NCBI RefSeq assembly: GCF_009914755.1
Contig: NC_060933.1
Source of the DNA: the human T2T-CHM13v2.0 reference genome, Homo sapiens
Direction: 5' to 3' (one strand)
Length of the DNA stretch: 64,000 nt
Shown: positions 15,022-27,479 of the stretch, one piece after another
Numbering within the stretch: the first letter of the stretch is position 1
Layout of the letters: every line of letters begins with the position of its first letter
Made by a program: the position numbers and the translations under genes
The notes under the pieces: generated by a model
The model's database searches: none
What the model was told of the DNA's origin: nothing
The model's input: the letters and a program-made list of their open reading frames with translations, nothing else

Positions 15022-15165
15022 AATCAACCCGAGTGCAATCGAATGGAATCGAATGGAATCGAATGCAATGGAATGGATTCAACTTGAATGGAATGGAAAG
15101 AATGGAGTCAACACGAGTGGAATGGCATGGATTGGAATGGAATGGAATGGAATCAACCCGAGTAC
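15022..15165 (+). repeat. ~145-bp recurrent complex module (CAACCCGAGTGCAATCG...TTCAACTTG...GGCATGGATTGG...CCCGAGTAC)
   Basis: About 30 copies of the core TTCAACTTG...GGCATGG by eye on both strands (e.g. 16061, 16635, 27261, 29029, 39574, 47788; minus strand 51523, 53399, 55845, 61122). Confidence 0.75.
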
Positions 15166-18100
15166 AGGGGAATGGAATGGAATGGAATGCAATGGAATCG
15201 AATCATCCGTAATGGAATGGAAAGGAATGGAATGGAATGGAATGGAATGGAATGGAATCAACTCGATTGCAATCGAATGGAATGCAAAGGAATTAACCCG
15301 AATAGAATGGAATGGAACGGAATGGAACGGAACGGAATGGAATGGATTGGAATGGAATGGAACGGAAAGGAATGGAATGGAATGGAATGGAATGGAATGG
15401 AATGGAGTGGAATGGAATGGAATGGAATCAACGAGAGTGCAGGGGAATGGAATGGAATGGAATGGAATGGAATGGAATGGAATGGAATGGAAAGGAATCA
15501 AGCCGAGTGCAGGGGAATGTAATGGAACGGAATGCAATGGAATGGAATCATCCGGAATGGAATGGAATGGAAGGGAATGGAATGGAATGGAGTGGAATGG
15601 AATGGAATGGAATGGAACAACCCGAATGGAATGTAATGTAATGGAGAGTAACGGAGTTGAATAGAATCAATCCAAATGTAATGGAATGGAATGGAACGGA
15701 ATGGAATGGAATGGAATGGAATGGAATGCAATGGAATGGAATCAACCCGAGTAGAATAGAATGGAAAGGAATGGAATGGAATGGAATACAATGGAATGGA
15801 ATCAACCCGAATGCAATGGAATGGAGAGGAATGGAATGGAATGGAATGGAATGGAAACTACGCGAATGGAATCGAAGGTAACGGAGTGTAAGGGAATTGA
15901 ATAGAATCAATCCGAATGTAATGGAATGGAATGGAAAGGAATGGAAAGGAATGGAATGGAATGGAATGGAATGGAATGGAATGGAATGGAATGCAATGGA
16001 ATGGAATCAACCCGAGTGCAATCGAATGGAATAGAATGGAATGGAATGCAATGGAATGGATTCAACTTGAATGGAATGGAAAGAATGGAATCAACACGAG
16101 TGGAATGGCATGGATTGGAATGGAATGGAAGGGAATCAACCCGAGTGCAATGGAACGGAGAGGAATGGAATGGAATGCAATGGAAACTACCCGAATGGAA
16201 TGGAATGTAATGGAGTGTAAGGGAATTGAATAGAATCAATCTGAATGGAATGGAATGCAATGGAACGGAATGCAATGTAATGGAATGGAATGGAATCAAC
16301 CCGAGTGCAGTGGAATGGAATGGAATGCAATGAAATATAATGGAATCATCAGGAATGGAATGGAATGGAATGGAATGGAATGGAATGGAATGGAATGGAA
16401 TGGAATCAACCCGAGTGCAAAGGAATGGAGAGAAATGGAATGGAATGGAATGGAAACAACCAGAATGGATTGTAATATAATGGAGTGTAAGGGAATTGAA
16501 TAGAATCAATCTGAATGTAATGAAATGGAATGGAACGGAATGGAATGGAATGGAATGGAATGGAATGCAATGGAATGGAATCAACCCGAGTGCAATCGAA
16601 TGGAATCGAATGGAATGGAATGCAATGGAATGGATTCAACTTGAATGGAATGGAAAGAATGGAATCAACACGATTGGAATGGCATGGATTGGAATGGAAT
16701 GGAATGGAATCAACCCGAGTACAGGGGAATGGAATGGAATGGAATGCAATGGAATGGAATCATCTGTAATGGAATGGAAAGGAATGGAATGGAATGGAAT
16801 GGAATGGAATGCAATGGAATGGAATGGAATCAACTCGATTGCAATCGAATGGAATGTAATGGAACTAACCCGAATAGAATGGAATGGAACGGAATGGAAC
16901 GGAACGGAATGGAATGGATTGGAATGGAATGGAATGGAAAGGAATGGAATGTAAAGGAATGGAATGCAATGGAATGGAATGGAATGGAATGGTATGGAAT
17001 GGAGTGGAATGGAATGGTATGGAATAGAATGGAATGGAAAGAATTGGAATGGAATGGAATCAAATGGAATGGAATGCAATGGAATAGAATCAACGCGAGT
17101 GCAGGGGAATGAAATGGAATGGAATGCAATGGAATGGAATCATCCAAAATGGAATGGAATGGAATGGAATGGAATGGAATCAACCCGAGTGCAATGGAAT
17201 GGAGTGGAATGGAATGGAATGGAATGGAACAACCCGAATGGAATGGAATGTAATGGAGAGTAAGGGAGTTGAATAGAATCAATCCGAATATAATGGAATG
17301 GAATGGAACGGAATGGAATGGAATGGAATGGAATGCAATGGAATGGAATCAACCCGAGTACAATGGAATGGAATGGAATGGAATGGAATGGAATGGAATG
17401 GAAAGGAACTGAATGAAATGGAATGACTTCAAACCGAATGGAATGGAAAGGAATGGAATCAACACCAGTGGAATGGAATGGAATGGAATGGAATAGAATG
17501 GAATGGAATGGTACGGAATACAATGGAATGGAACGAAATGGAATGGAATGGAATGGAATGGAATGGAATGGAATGGAATGGAATGGAATGGAATGGAATC
17601 GTTCCGAGTGGAATAGGAGGGAATGTATTCGAGTGGAATGGAAAGGAATGGAATCAACCAGAGTGGAATGGAAGGGAATGGAATGGAATGGAAACTAATA
17701 GAGTGGAATCAACCCGAGTGGAATGGAATGGAAAGGACTGAATGGAATGGAATGGAATGGAATGGAATGGAATCAACTCGATTGTAATGGAATGGAATGG
17801 AATGCAATGGAAAGGAATTGAATGGAATGGAATGACTTCAAACCGAATGGAATGGAAAGGAATGGAATCAACACGAGTGGAATGGAATGGAATGGAATGG
17901 AATGGAATGGAATGGAATGGAATCGTACGGAATAGAATGGAATGGAACGAAATGCAATGGAATGGAATGGAATGGAATGGAATGGAATGGAATGGAATGG
18001 AAAGGAATGGAATCGTTCCGAGTGGAATAGGAGGGAATGTATTCGAGTGGAATGGAAAGGAATGGAATCAACCAGCGTGGAATGGAAGGGAATGGAATGG

Positions 18101-20759
18101 AATGGAAACTAATAGAATGGAATCAACCCGAGTGGAATGGAATGGAAAGGACTGAATGGAATGGAATGGAATGGAATGGAATCAACTCGATTGTAAAGGA
18201 ATGGAATGGAATGGAATGGAATGGAATGGAATTAACCCGAATACAATGGAATGGGATGGAATGGAACGGAATGGAGTGGAATGGAATGGAATCAACCCGA
18301 GAGCAGGGGAATGGAAAGGAGTGGAATGCAATGGAAAGGAATCATCCGGAATGGAATGGAAAGGAATAGAATGGAATCAACCTGAGTGGAATGGAATGGA
18401 AAGGACTGGAATGGAGTGGAATGGAATGGAATGGAATGGAATGGAATCAACTCGATTTGATTGGAATGGAATGGAATGGAATGGAATGGAATGGAATGGA
18501 ATGGAATGGAATGGAATCAACCCGACTGCAGGGGAACCGAATGGAATGGAATGCAATGGAATGGAATCATCCGGAACGGAATGGAATGGAATGGAATTTA
18601 ATCAATTCGATTGCAATGGAATGGAATGGAATGGAATGGAATGGAATTAACCCGAATAGAATGGAAAGGAATGGAATGGAATGGAAAGGAATGGAAGGGA
18701 ATGGAATGGAATGTTATCAACCCGAGTGCAGGGGAATGGAATGGAATGGAATGCAATGGAATGGAATCATCCGGAATGGAATGGAATGGAATGGAATGCA
18801 ATCAACCCAATGCAATGGAATGGAGTGGAATGGAATGGAATGGAATGGAATGGAATCAACTCGATTGCAATCGAATGGAATGGAATGGAATGGAATCAAC
18901 TCGATTGCAATCGAATGGAATGGAATGGAATTAACCCGAATAGAATGGAATGGAATGTAATGGAATGGAACGGAACGGAATGGAATGGAATGGTAAGGAA
19001 AGGAATGGAATGGAATGGAACGGAACGGAATGGAATGGAATGGAATGGAATGGAATGGAATGGAATGGAATTAACGCGAGTGCAGGGGAATGGAATGGAA
19101 TGGAATGCAATGGAATGGAATCTTCCGGAATGGAATGCAATGGAATGGAACAAACCGAATGGAATGGGAAGTAATGGAGAGTAAGGGAGTTGAATAGAAT
19201 CAATCCGAATGTAATGGAATGGAATGGAACGGAATAGAATGGAATGGAATGGAATGGAATGGAATGGAATGGAATGGATTCAACTTGAATGGAATGTAAA
19301 GAATGGAATCAACACGAGTGGAATGGCATGGATTGGAATGGAATGGAATGGAATCAACCCAAGTACAGGGGAATGGAATGGAATGGAATGTAATGCAATG
19401 GAATGGAATCATCCGTAATGGAATGGAAAGGAATGGAATGGAATGGAATGGAATGGAATGGAATGGAATCAACTCGATTGCAATCGAATGGAATGGAATG
19501 GAATTAACCCGAATAGAATGCAATGGAATGGAGTGGAACGGAACGGAACGGAACGGAATGGAATGGAATGGAATGGAATGGAACGGAACGGATCGGAACG
19601 GAATGCAATGGAATGGAATGGAATGGAATGGAATGGAATGGAATGGAATCAACTCGAGTGCAGGGTAAAGGAATGGAATGGAATGCAATGGAATGGAATC
19701 TTCCGGAATGGAATGGAATGGAATGCAATGGATTCAACTCGATTGCAATGGAATGGAATAGAATGGAATGGAATGGAATGGTATGGAATGGAATTAACCC
19801 GAATAGAATGGAATGGAATGGAATGGAACGGAATGGAACGGAACGGAACGGAATGGAATGGAATGGAATGGAATGGAATGGAATTGTATAGAATGGAACG
19901 GAATGCTACGGAATAGAATGGAATGGAAAGAATTAGAATGGAATGGAATCGAATGGAATGGAATGGAATGAAATGGAATCAACCTGAGTACAGGGGAATG
20001 TAATGGAACGGAATGCAATGGAATGGAATCATCCGGAATGGAATGGAATGGAACGGAACGGATCGGAACGGAAAGGAATGGAATGGAATGGAATGGAATC
20101 AACGCGAGTGCAGGGTAATGGAATGGAATGGAATGCAATGGAATGGAATCTTCCGGAATGGAATGGAATGGAATGGAATGGAATGCAATGGATTCAACTC
20201 GATTGCAATGGAATGGAATAGAATGGAATGGAATGGAATGGAATGGAATGGAATTAACCCGAATAGAATGGAATAGAATGGAATGGAACGGAACGGAACG
20301 GAATGGAATGGAATGGAATGGAATGGAATGGAATGGAATGGAATGGAATTGTATGGAATGGAATGGAATGGTATGGAATAGAATGGAATGGAAAGAATTA
20401 GAATGGAATGGAATGGAATGGAATGGAATGGAATGGAATGGAATCAACCTGAGTACAGGGGAATGTAATGGAACGGAATGCAATGGAATGGAATCATCCG
20501 GAATGGAATGGAATTGAATGGAATGGAATGGAATGGAATGGAATGGAGTGGAATGGAATGGAATGGAATGGAACAACCCGAATGGAATGTAATGTAATGG
20601 AGAGTAAGGGAGTTGAATAGAATCAATCCGAATGTAATGGAATGGAATGGAACGGAATGGAATGGAATGGAATGGAATGCAATGGAATGGAATCAACCCG
20701 AGTACAATGGAATGGAATGGAATGTAATGGAATGGAATGGAATGGAATGGAATGGAATC

Positions 20760-23700
20760 AACCCGAGTGCGATGGAATGGAGAGGAATGGAATGGAATGG
20801 AATGGAAACTACCCGAATGCAATGGAATGTAATGGAGTGTAAGGGAATTGAATAGAATCACTCCGAATGGAATGGAATGGAATGGAACGGAATGGAATGG
20901 AATGGAATGGAATGCAATCAACCCGAGTGCAGGGGAATGGAATGGAATGGAATGCAATGGAATGGAATCATCCGAAATGGAATGGAATGGAATGAAATGG
21001 AATGGAATGGAATGGAATGGTACGGAATAGAATGGAATGGAACGAAATGGAATTGAATGGAATGGAATGGAATGGAATGGAATGGAATGGAATGGAATGG
21101 AATGGAATCGTTCCGAGTGGAATAGGAGGGAATGTATTCGAGTGGAATGGAAAGGAATGGAATCAACCAGAGTGGAATGGAATGGAATGGAATGGAAAGG
21201 AATGGAATGCAATGGAATGGAATCAACCCGAGTACAATGGAATGGAATGGAATGGAATGGAATTGAATGGAATGGAATGGAATGGAATGGAATCAACTCG
21301 ATTGCAATCGAATGGAATGGAATGGAATTAACCCGAATAGAATGGAATGGAACGGAATGGAACGGAACGGAATGGAATGGAATGGAATGGAATGGAACGG
21401 AAAGGAATGGAATGGAATGGAATGGAATGGAATGGAATGGAATGGAATCAAAGCGAATGCAGGGGAATGGAATGGAATCAAATGGAATGGAATGGAATCA
21501 ACCCGAGTGCCGGGGAATGTAATGGAACGGAATGCAATGGAATGGAATCATCCGGAATGGAATGGAATGGAATGGAATGGAATGGAATGGAATGGAGTGG
21601 AATGGAATGGAATGGAATGGAACAACCCGAATGGAATGGAATGTAATGGAGAGTAAGGGAGTTGAATAGAATCAATCCGAATATAATGGAATGGAATGGA
21701 ACGGAATGGAATGGAATGGAATGGAATGGAATGGAATGGAATGGAATCAACCCGAGTAGAATGGAATGGAATGGAATGGAATGGAATGGAAATGAAATGA
21801 ATGGAATTAAGCCAAGTGCAATGGAATGGAGAGGAATGGAATGGAATGGAATGGAATGAAATGGAAAGGAATTGAATGGAATGGAATGACTTCAAACAGA
21901 ATGGAATGGAAAGGAATGGAATCAACACGAGTGGAATGGAATGTAATGGAATGGAAGGGAATGGAATGGTACGGAATAGAATGGAATAGAACGAAATGGA
22001 ATGGAATGGAATGGAATGGAATGGAATGGAGTGGAATGGAATCGTTCCGAGTGGAATAGGAGGGAATGTATTCGAGTGGAATGGAAAGGAATGGAATCAA
22101 CCAGAGTGGAAAGGAAGGGAATGGAATGGAATGGAAACTAATAGAATGGAATCAACCCGAGTGGAATGGAATGGAAAGGAATGGAATGGAATGGAATGGA
22201 ATGGAATTTAATGGAATGGAATGGAATCAACTCGATTGTAAAGGAATGGAATGGAATGGAATGGAATGGAATGGAATCAACCCGAGTGCAGGGGAATGGA
22301 ATGGAATGGAATGCAATGGAATGGAATCATCCGGAATGGAATGGAATGGAATGGAATGCAAAGCAATGGAATCAACTCGATTGCAATGGAATGGAATGGA
22401 ATGGAAAGGAATAGAATGGAATCAACCTGAGTGGAATGGAATGGAAAGGACTGGAATGGAGTGGAATGGAATGGAATGGAATGGAATCAACTCGATTTGA
22501 TTGGAATGGAATGGAATGGAATGGAATGGAATTAACCCGAATAGAATGGAATGGAATGGAATGGAACGGAATGGAATGGAATGGAATAGAATGGAATGGA
22601 ATGGAATGGAATCAACCCGACTGAAGGGGAATAGAATGGAATGGAATGCAATGGAATGGAATCATCCGGAACGGAATGGAATGGAATGGAATGGAAAGGA
22701 ATGGAATGGAATGCAATGGATTCAACTCGATTGCAATGGAATGGAATAGAATGGAATGGAATGGAATGGAATGGAATTAACCCGAATGGAATGGAATGGA
22801 ATGGAATGGAAAGGAATGGAATGGAATGGAATGGAATGGTAAGGAATTAAATGGAATGGAACGAATTGGAATGGAATGGAATCGAATGGAATGGAATGCA
22901 ATGGAATGGAATCATCCGGAATGGAATGGAATGGAATGGAATGGAATGGAATCAACCCGAGTGCAATGGAATGGAGTGGAATGGAATGGAATGGAATGGA
23001 ACAACCCGAATGGAATGGAATGTAATGGAGGGTAAGGGAGTTGAATAGAATCAATCCGAATGCAATGGAATGGAATGGAACGCAATGGAATGGAATGGAA
23101 TGGAATGGAATGCAATGGAATGTAATCAACCCGAGTACAATGGAATGGAATGGAATGGAATGGAATGGAATGGAATAGAATGGAATGGAATAGAATGGAA
23201 TGGAAAGGAATTGAATGGAATGGAATGACTTCAAACCGAATGGAATGGAAAGGAATGGAATCAACACCAGTGGAATGGAATGGAATGGAATGCTATGGAA
23301 TGCAATGGTACGGAATAGAGTGGAATGGAACGAAATTTAATGTAATGTAATGTAATGTAATGGAATGGAATGGAATGGAATGGAATGGAATGGAATAGAA
23401 TGGAATGGAATCGTTCCGAGTGGAATAGGAGGGAATGTATTCGAGTGGAATGGAAAGGAATGGAATCAACCAGAGTGGAATGGAAGGGAATGGAATGGAA
23501 TGTAAACTAATAGAATGGAATCAACCCGAGTGGAATGGAATGGAAAGGACTGGAATGGAATGGAATGGAATGGAATGGAATCAACTCGATTGTAATGGAA
23601 TGGAATGGAATGGAGTGGAATTAACCCGAATACAATGGAATGGAATGGAATGGAACGGAATGGAGTGGAATGGAATGGAATCAACCCGAGTGCAGGGGAA

Positions 23701-26490
23701 TGGAATGGAATGGAATGCAATGGAATGGAACCATCCGGAATGGAATGGAATGGAATGGAATGCAAAGCAATGGAATCAACTCGATTGCAATGGAATGGAA
23801 TGGAATGGAAAGGAATAGAATGGAATCAACCCGAGTGGAATGGAATGGAAAGGACTGGAATGGAGTGGAATGGAATGGAATCGAATGGCATGGAATCAAC
23901 TCGATTGGATTGGAATGGAATAGAATGGAATGGAATGGAATGGAATGGAATTAACCCGATTAGAATGGAACGGAATGGAATGGAACGGAACGGAACGGAA
24001 CGGAACGGAACGGAATGGAATTGAATGGAATGGAATGGAATGGAATGGAATGGAATCAACCCGACTGCAGGGGTATGGAATGGAATGGAATGCAATGGAA
24101 TGGAATCATCCGGAACGGAATGGAATGGAATGGAATGGAATCAACTCGATTGCAATGGAATGGAATGGAATGGAATGGAATGGAATGGAATGGAATTAAC
24201 CCGTGTGCAATGGAATGGAATGGAATGGAATGGAATGGATTCAAATCGAATGGAATCAACTCGATTGCAATGGAATGGAATGGAATGGAAAGCAATAGAA
24301 TGGAATCAACCCGAGTGGAATGAAATGGAAAGGACTGGAATGGAGTGGAATGGAATGGAATGGAATTAACCCGAATAGAATGGAATGGAATGGAATGGAA
24401 CGGAATGTAATGGAATGGAATGGAATGGAATCAACCCGAGTGCAGGGGAATGGAATGGAATGGAATGCAATGGAATGGAATCATCCGAAATGGAATGGAA
24501 TGGAATGGAAAGGAATGGAATGCAATGCAATGGAATGTAATGGAATGGAATGGAATGGAATCAATTCGATTTCAATGGAATGGAATGGAATAGAATGGAA
24601 TGGAATGAACACGAATAGAAAGGAATGGAATGAAAGGGAATGGAACAGAACGCAATGGAATGGAAAGGAATGGAATCAACCCAAGTGCAGGGGAATGGAA
24701 TGCAATGGAATTCAATGGAATGGAATCATTCGGAATGGAATGGAATGGAATGGCATGTAAAGGAATGGAATGGAATCAACTCGATTGCAATCGAATGGAA
24801 TGGAATGGAATTAACCCGAATAGAATGGAATGGAATGGAATGGAACGGAACGGAATGGAATGGAATGGAATGGAATGGAATGGAATGGAATGGAATGGAA
24901 TGGAATGGAACGGTACGGAATGGAATGGAATGGAATGGAATGGAATGGAATGGAATGGAATCAACCCGACTGCAGGGGAATGGAATCGAATGGAATGCAG
25001 GGGAATGGAATGGAATGGAATGCAATGGAATGGAATCATCCGGAATGGAATGGAATGGAATGGAATGCAAAGCAATCGAATCAACTCGATTGCAATGGAA
25101 TGGAATGGAATGGAAAGGAATAGAATGGAATCAACCGAGTGGAATGGAATGGAAAGGATTGGAATGGAGTGGAATGGAATGGAATAGAATGGAATGGAAT
25201 GGAATCAACTCGATTGGAATGGAATGGAATGGAATGGAATGGAATGGAATGGAATGGAATTAACCCTAATAGAATGGAATGGAATTCAATGGAAAGGAAT
25301 GGAATGGAATGGAATGGAATGGAATGGAATGGAATGGAATCAACGCGAATGCAGGGGAATGGAATGGAATGGAATGCAATGGAATGGAATCTTCCGGAAT
25401 GGAATGGAATGGAATGGAATGGAATGCAATGGTTTCAACTCGATTGCAATGAAATGGAATAGAATGGAATGGAATGGAATGGAATGGAATTAACACGAAT
25501 AGAATGGAATGCAATGGAATGGAACGCAACAGAACGGAATGGAACGGAATGGAATGGAATGGAATGGAATGGAATTGTATGGAATGGAATGGAATGGTAC
25601 GGAATAGAATTGAATGGAAAGAATTGGAATGGAATGGAATTGAATGGAATAGAATGGAATGGAATGGAATCAACCCGAGTGCAGGGGAATGTAATGGAAG
25701 GGAATGCAATGGAATGGAATAATCCGGAATGGAATGGAATGGAATGGAATCAACCCGAGTGCAATGGAATGGAGTGGAATGGAATGGAATGGAATGGAAC
25801 AACCCGAATGGAATGGAATGTAATGGAGAGTAAGGGATTTGAATAGAAACAATCCGAATATAATGGAATGGAATGGAATGGAATGGAATGCAATGGAATG
25901 CAAAGGAATGGAATCAACCCGACTGAAATCGAATGGAATCGAATGGAATGGAATGCAATGGAATGGATTCAACATGAATGGAAAGGAAAGAATGGAATCA
26001 ACAGGAGTGGAATGGCATGGATTGGAATGGAATGGAATGGAATCAACCCGAGTACAGGGGAATGGAATGGAATGGAATGCAATGGAATGGAAACATGTGT
26101 AATGGAATGGAAAGGAATGGAATGGAAAGGAATGGAATGGAATGGAACGGAACGGAACGGAACGGAACGGAACGGAATGGAATGGAATGGAATGGAATGG
26201 AATGGAATGGAACGGAACGGAACGGAACGGAACGGAATGGAATGGAATGGAATGGAATGGAATCAACGCGAGTGCAGGGGAATGGAATGGAATGGAATGC
26301 AATGGAATGGAATCTTCCGGAATGGAATGGAATGGAATGGAAAGGAATGGAATGCAATGCAATGGATTCAACTCGATTGCAATGGAATGGAATAGAATGG
26401 AATGGAATGGAATGGAATGGAATTAACCCAAATAGAATGGAATGGAATGGAAAGGAATGGAATGGAATGGAATGGAATGGAATGGAATGG
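20760..26490 (+). repeat. Copy 2 of the ~5.7-kb duplicated segment
   Basis: Colinear with 6265-12060 at offsets 14430-14500. Ends approximate. Confidence 0.8.
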
Positions 26491-27479
26491 AATGGAATGG
26501 AATCAACTCGATTGCAATCGAATAGAATGGAATGGAATTAACCCGAATAGAAAGGAATGGAATGGAATGGAACGGAACTGAATGGAATGGAATGGAATGG
26601 AATGGAATGGAATGGAAAGGAAAAGAAGGGAATGGAATGGAATAGAATGGAATGGAATGGAATCAACGCGAGTGCAGGGGAATGGAATGGAATGGAATGC
26701 AATGGAATGGAATCTTCCGGAATGGAATGGAATGGAATGGAATGGAATGGAATGGAATCAACCCGAGTGCAATGGAATGGAGAGGAATGGAATGGAATGG
26801 AATGGAACTACCCGAATGGAATGGAATGTAATGGAGTGTAAGGGAATTGAATAGAATCAATCCGAATGGAATGGAATGGAATGGAACGGAATCTAATGGA
26901 ATGGAATGGAATGGAATCAACCCGAGTGCAGGGGAATGGAATGGAAAGGAATGCAATGGAATGGAATCATCCGGAATGGAATGGAATGGAATGCAATGGA
27001 ATGGAATGGAATGGAATCAACCCGAGTGCAATGGAATGGAGTGAAATGGAATGGAATGGAATGGAAACAACCAGAATGGATTGGAATATAATGGAGTGTA
27101 AGGGAATTGAATAGAATCAATCTGAATGTAATGAAATGGAATGGAACGGAATGGAATGGAATGGAATGGAATGGAATGGAATGGAATGGAATGCAATGGA
27201 ATGGAATCAACCCGAGTGCAATCGAATGGAATCGAATGGAATGGAATGCAATGGAATGGATTCAACTTGAATGGAATGGAAAGAATGGAATCAACACGAG
27301 TGGAATGGCATGGATTGGAATGGAATGGAATGGAATCAACCCGAGTACAGGGGAATGGAATGGAATGGAATGCAATGGAATGGAATCATCCGTAATGGAA
27401 TGGAAAGGAATGGAATGGAACGGAATGGAATGGAATGGAATGGAATGGAATCAACTCGATTGCAATCGAATGGAATGGA

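Noticed and set aside
19794-21296. 500-aa ORF, plus other long ORFs (56344-57654, 29154-30215, 54946-55968, 47160-48170)
   Set aside because: (GGAAT)n and (ATTCC)n contain no stop codon in any frame, so long MEWNG/IPFHS ORFs are expected. They overlap in all six frames and show no domain-like sequence.
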